Assembly: GCA_964584185.1 (NCBI GenBank)
Contig: CAZOZB010000017.1
Location: 1 to 47,624, forward strand
Origin: an uncultured Methylophilaceae bacterium
GTDB taxonomy: Bacteria > Pseudomonadota > Gammaproteobacteria > Burkholderiales > Methylophilaceae
Length of the DNA: 47,624 nt
Direction: 5' to 3'
The notes under the pieces were generated by a model. That model was not told the origin of the DNA, made no database searches, and saw only the letters and a program-made list of their open reading frames with translations. Of this stretch, positions 47,314 to 47,624 are shown in pieces. A program made the translations under genes and the position numbers. Every line of letters begins with the position of its first letter. Positions within the stretch are counted from its first letter, which is position 1.

Positions 47314-47321
47314 GTATTGCA

Positions 47322-47624
47322 TTACAGAGCGAACACGTTCAGTGCACCGCCACCAGGAGCAGCGTTGTACTTGGTCAGTTCTGCATAACCACCAGCAGCA
47401 CCCAGTGCGTCTGTCGGGTTAGTCAGGCCCAGGTTCATCGCCACGCCAGCCCAACCGCCGATACCGGACAGTGTGCCAACGTATTGTTTACCCTTGTGAA
47501 CGTAGGTGAACGCATTACCGATCACGCCTGAACCAACCTGGAACTTCCAGAGTTCCTTACCGGATTGTGCATCCACTGCCTTGAACCAACGATCAAGCGT
47601 TCCGTAGAACACCAGGTCGGAAGC
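47322..47624 (-). CDS. PQQ-dependent methanol/ethanol dehydrogenase large subunit (MxaF/XoxF family). Only the C-terminal ~100 aa are present, and the 5' end lies beyond the window.
   Basis: …LVFYGTLDRWFKAVDAQSGKELWKFQVGSGVIGNAFTY.HKGKQYVG…GGWAGV… matches the conserved last beta-propeller blade and C-terminus of quinoprotein alcohol dehydrogenases. The frame is open to the window edge. Confidence 0.8.
   Translation of the reverse strand, partial: ASDLVFYGTLDRWFKAVDAQSGKELWKFQVGSGVIGNAFTYVHKGKQYVGTLSGIGGWAGVAMNLGLTNPTDALGAAGGYAELTKYNAAPGGGALNVFAL

Overview
This window is an origin-proximal core chromosomal segment of a betaproteobacterium. A truncated PQQ methanol/ethanol dehydrogenase gene at the right edge suggests a methylotroph, possibly Methylophilaceae, but that is inference. 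I see no mobile elements, CRISPR arrays or recognisable defence systems. The region is dense with housekeeping genes.

The left half is mostly minus-strand: a DUF3426 Zn-ribbon gene, prmA, accC, accB, aroQ, a TlpA-like gene, dsbD, cutA (then plus-strand fxsA and an AscD-like reductase), hemY, hemX, hemD, hemC, algR and algZ. These are followed by argH (+), arsC (-), a YqiK-type flotillin gene (-), hflX (+), gyrB, dnaN and dnaA (-).

The right half is mostly plus-strand: rpmH, rnpA, yidD, yidC and mnmE, then a minus-strand island (a YegP-like gene, a cytochrome b561 gene and a DUF1924 cytochrome c gene). The plus-strand run then continues with mnmG, rsmG, parA, parB, the complete atpIBEFHAGDC operon, glmU and glmS.

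The non-coding signals worth noting are:
- Three copies of the canonical parS centromere palindrome TGTTTCACGTGAAACA, two perfect and one with a single mismatch, lie within about 9 kb of each other beside parAB.
- The dnaA–dnaN spacer is 270 bp, very AT-rich, and packed with DnaA-box-like 9-mers, which makes it an oriC/DUE candidate.
- A perfect DnaA box and the rpmH promoter sit upstream of dnaA, at the point where gene orientation switches strand.
- Several clear rho-independent terminators are present.
- hflX is divergently paired with an SPFH/flotillin gene rather than with hflKC.
- The parS sites flank the YegP-like/b561/DUF1924 redox cluster.
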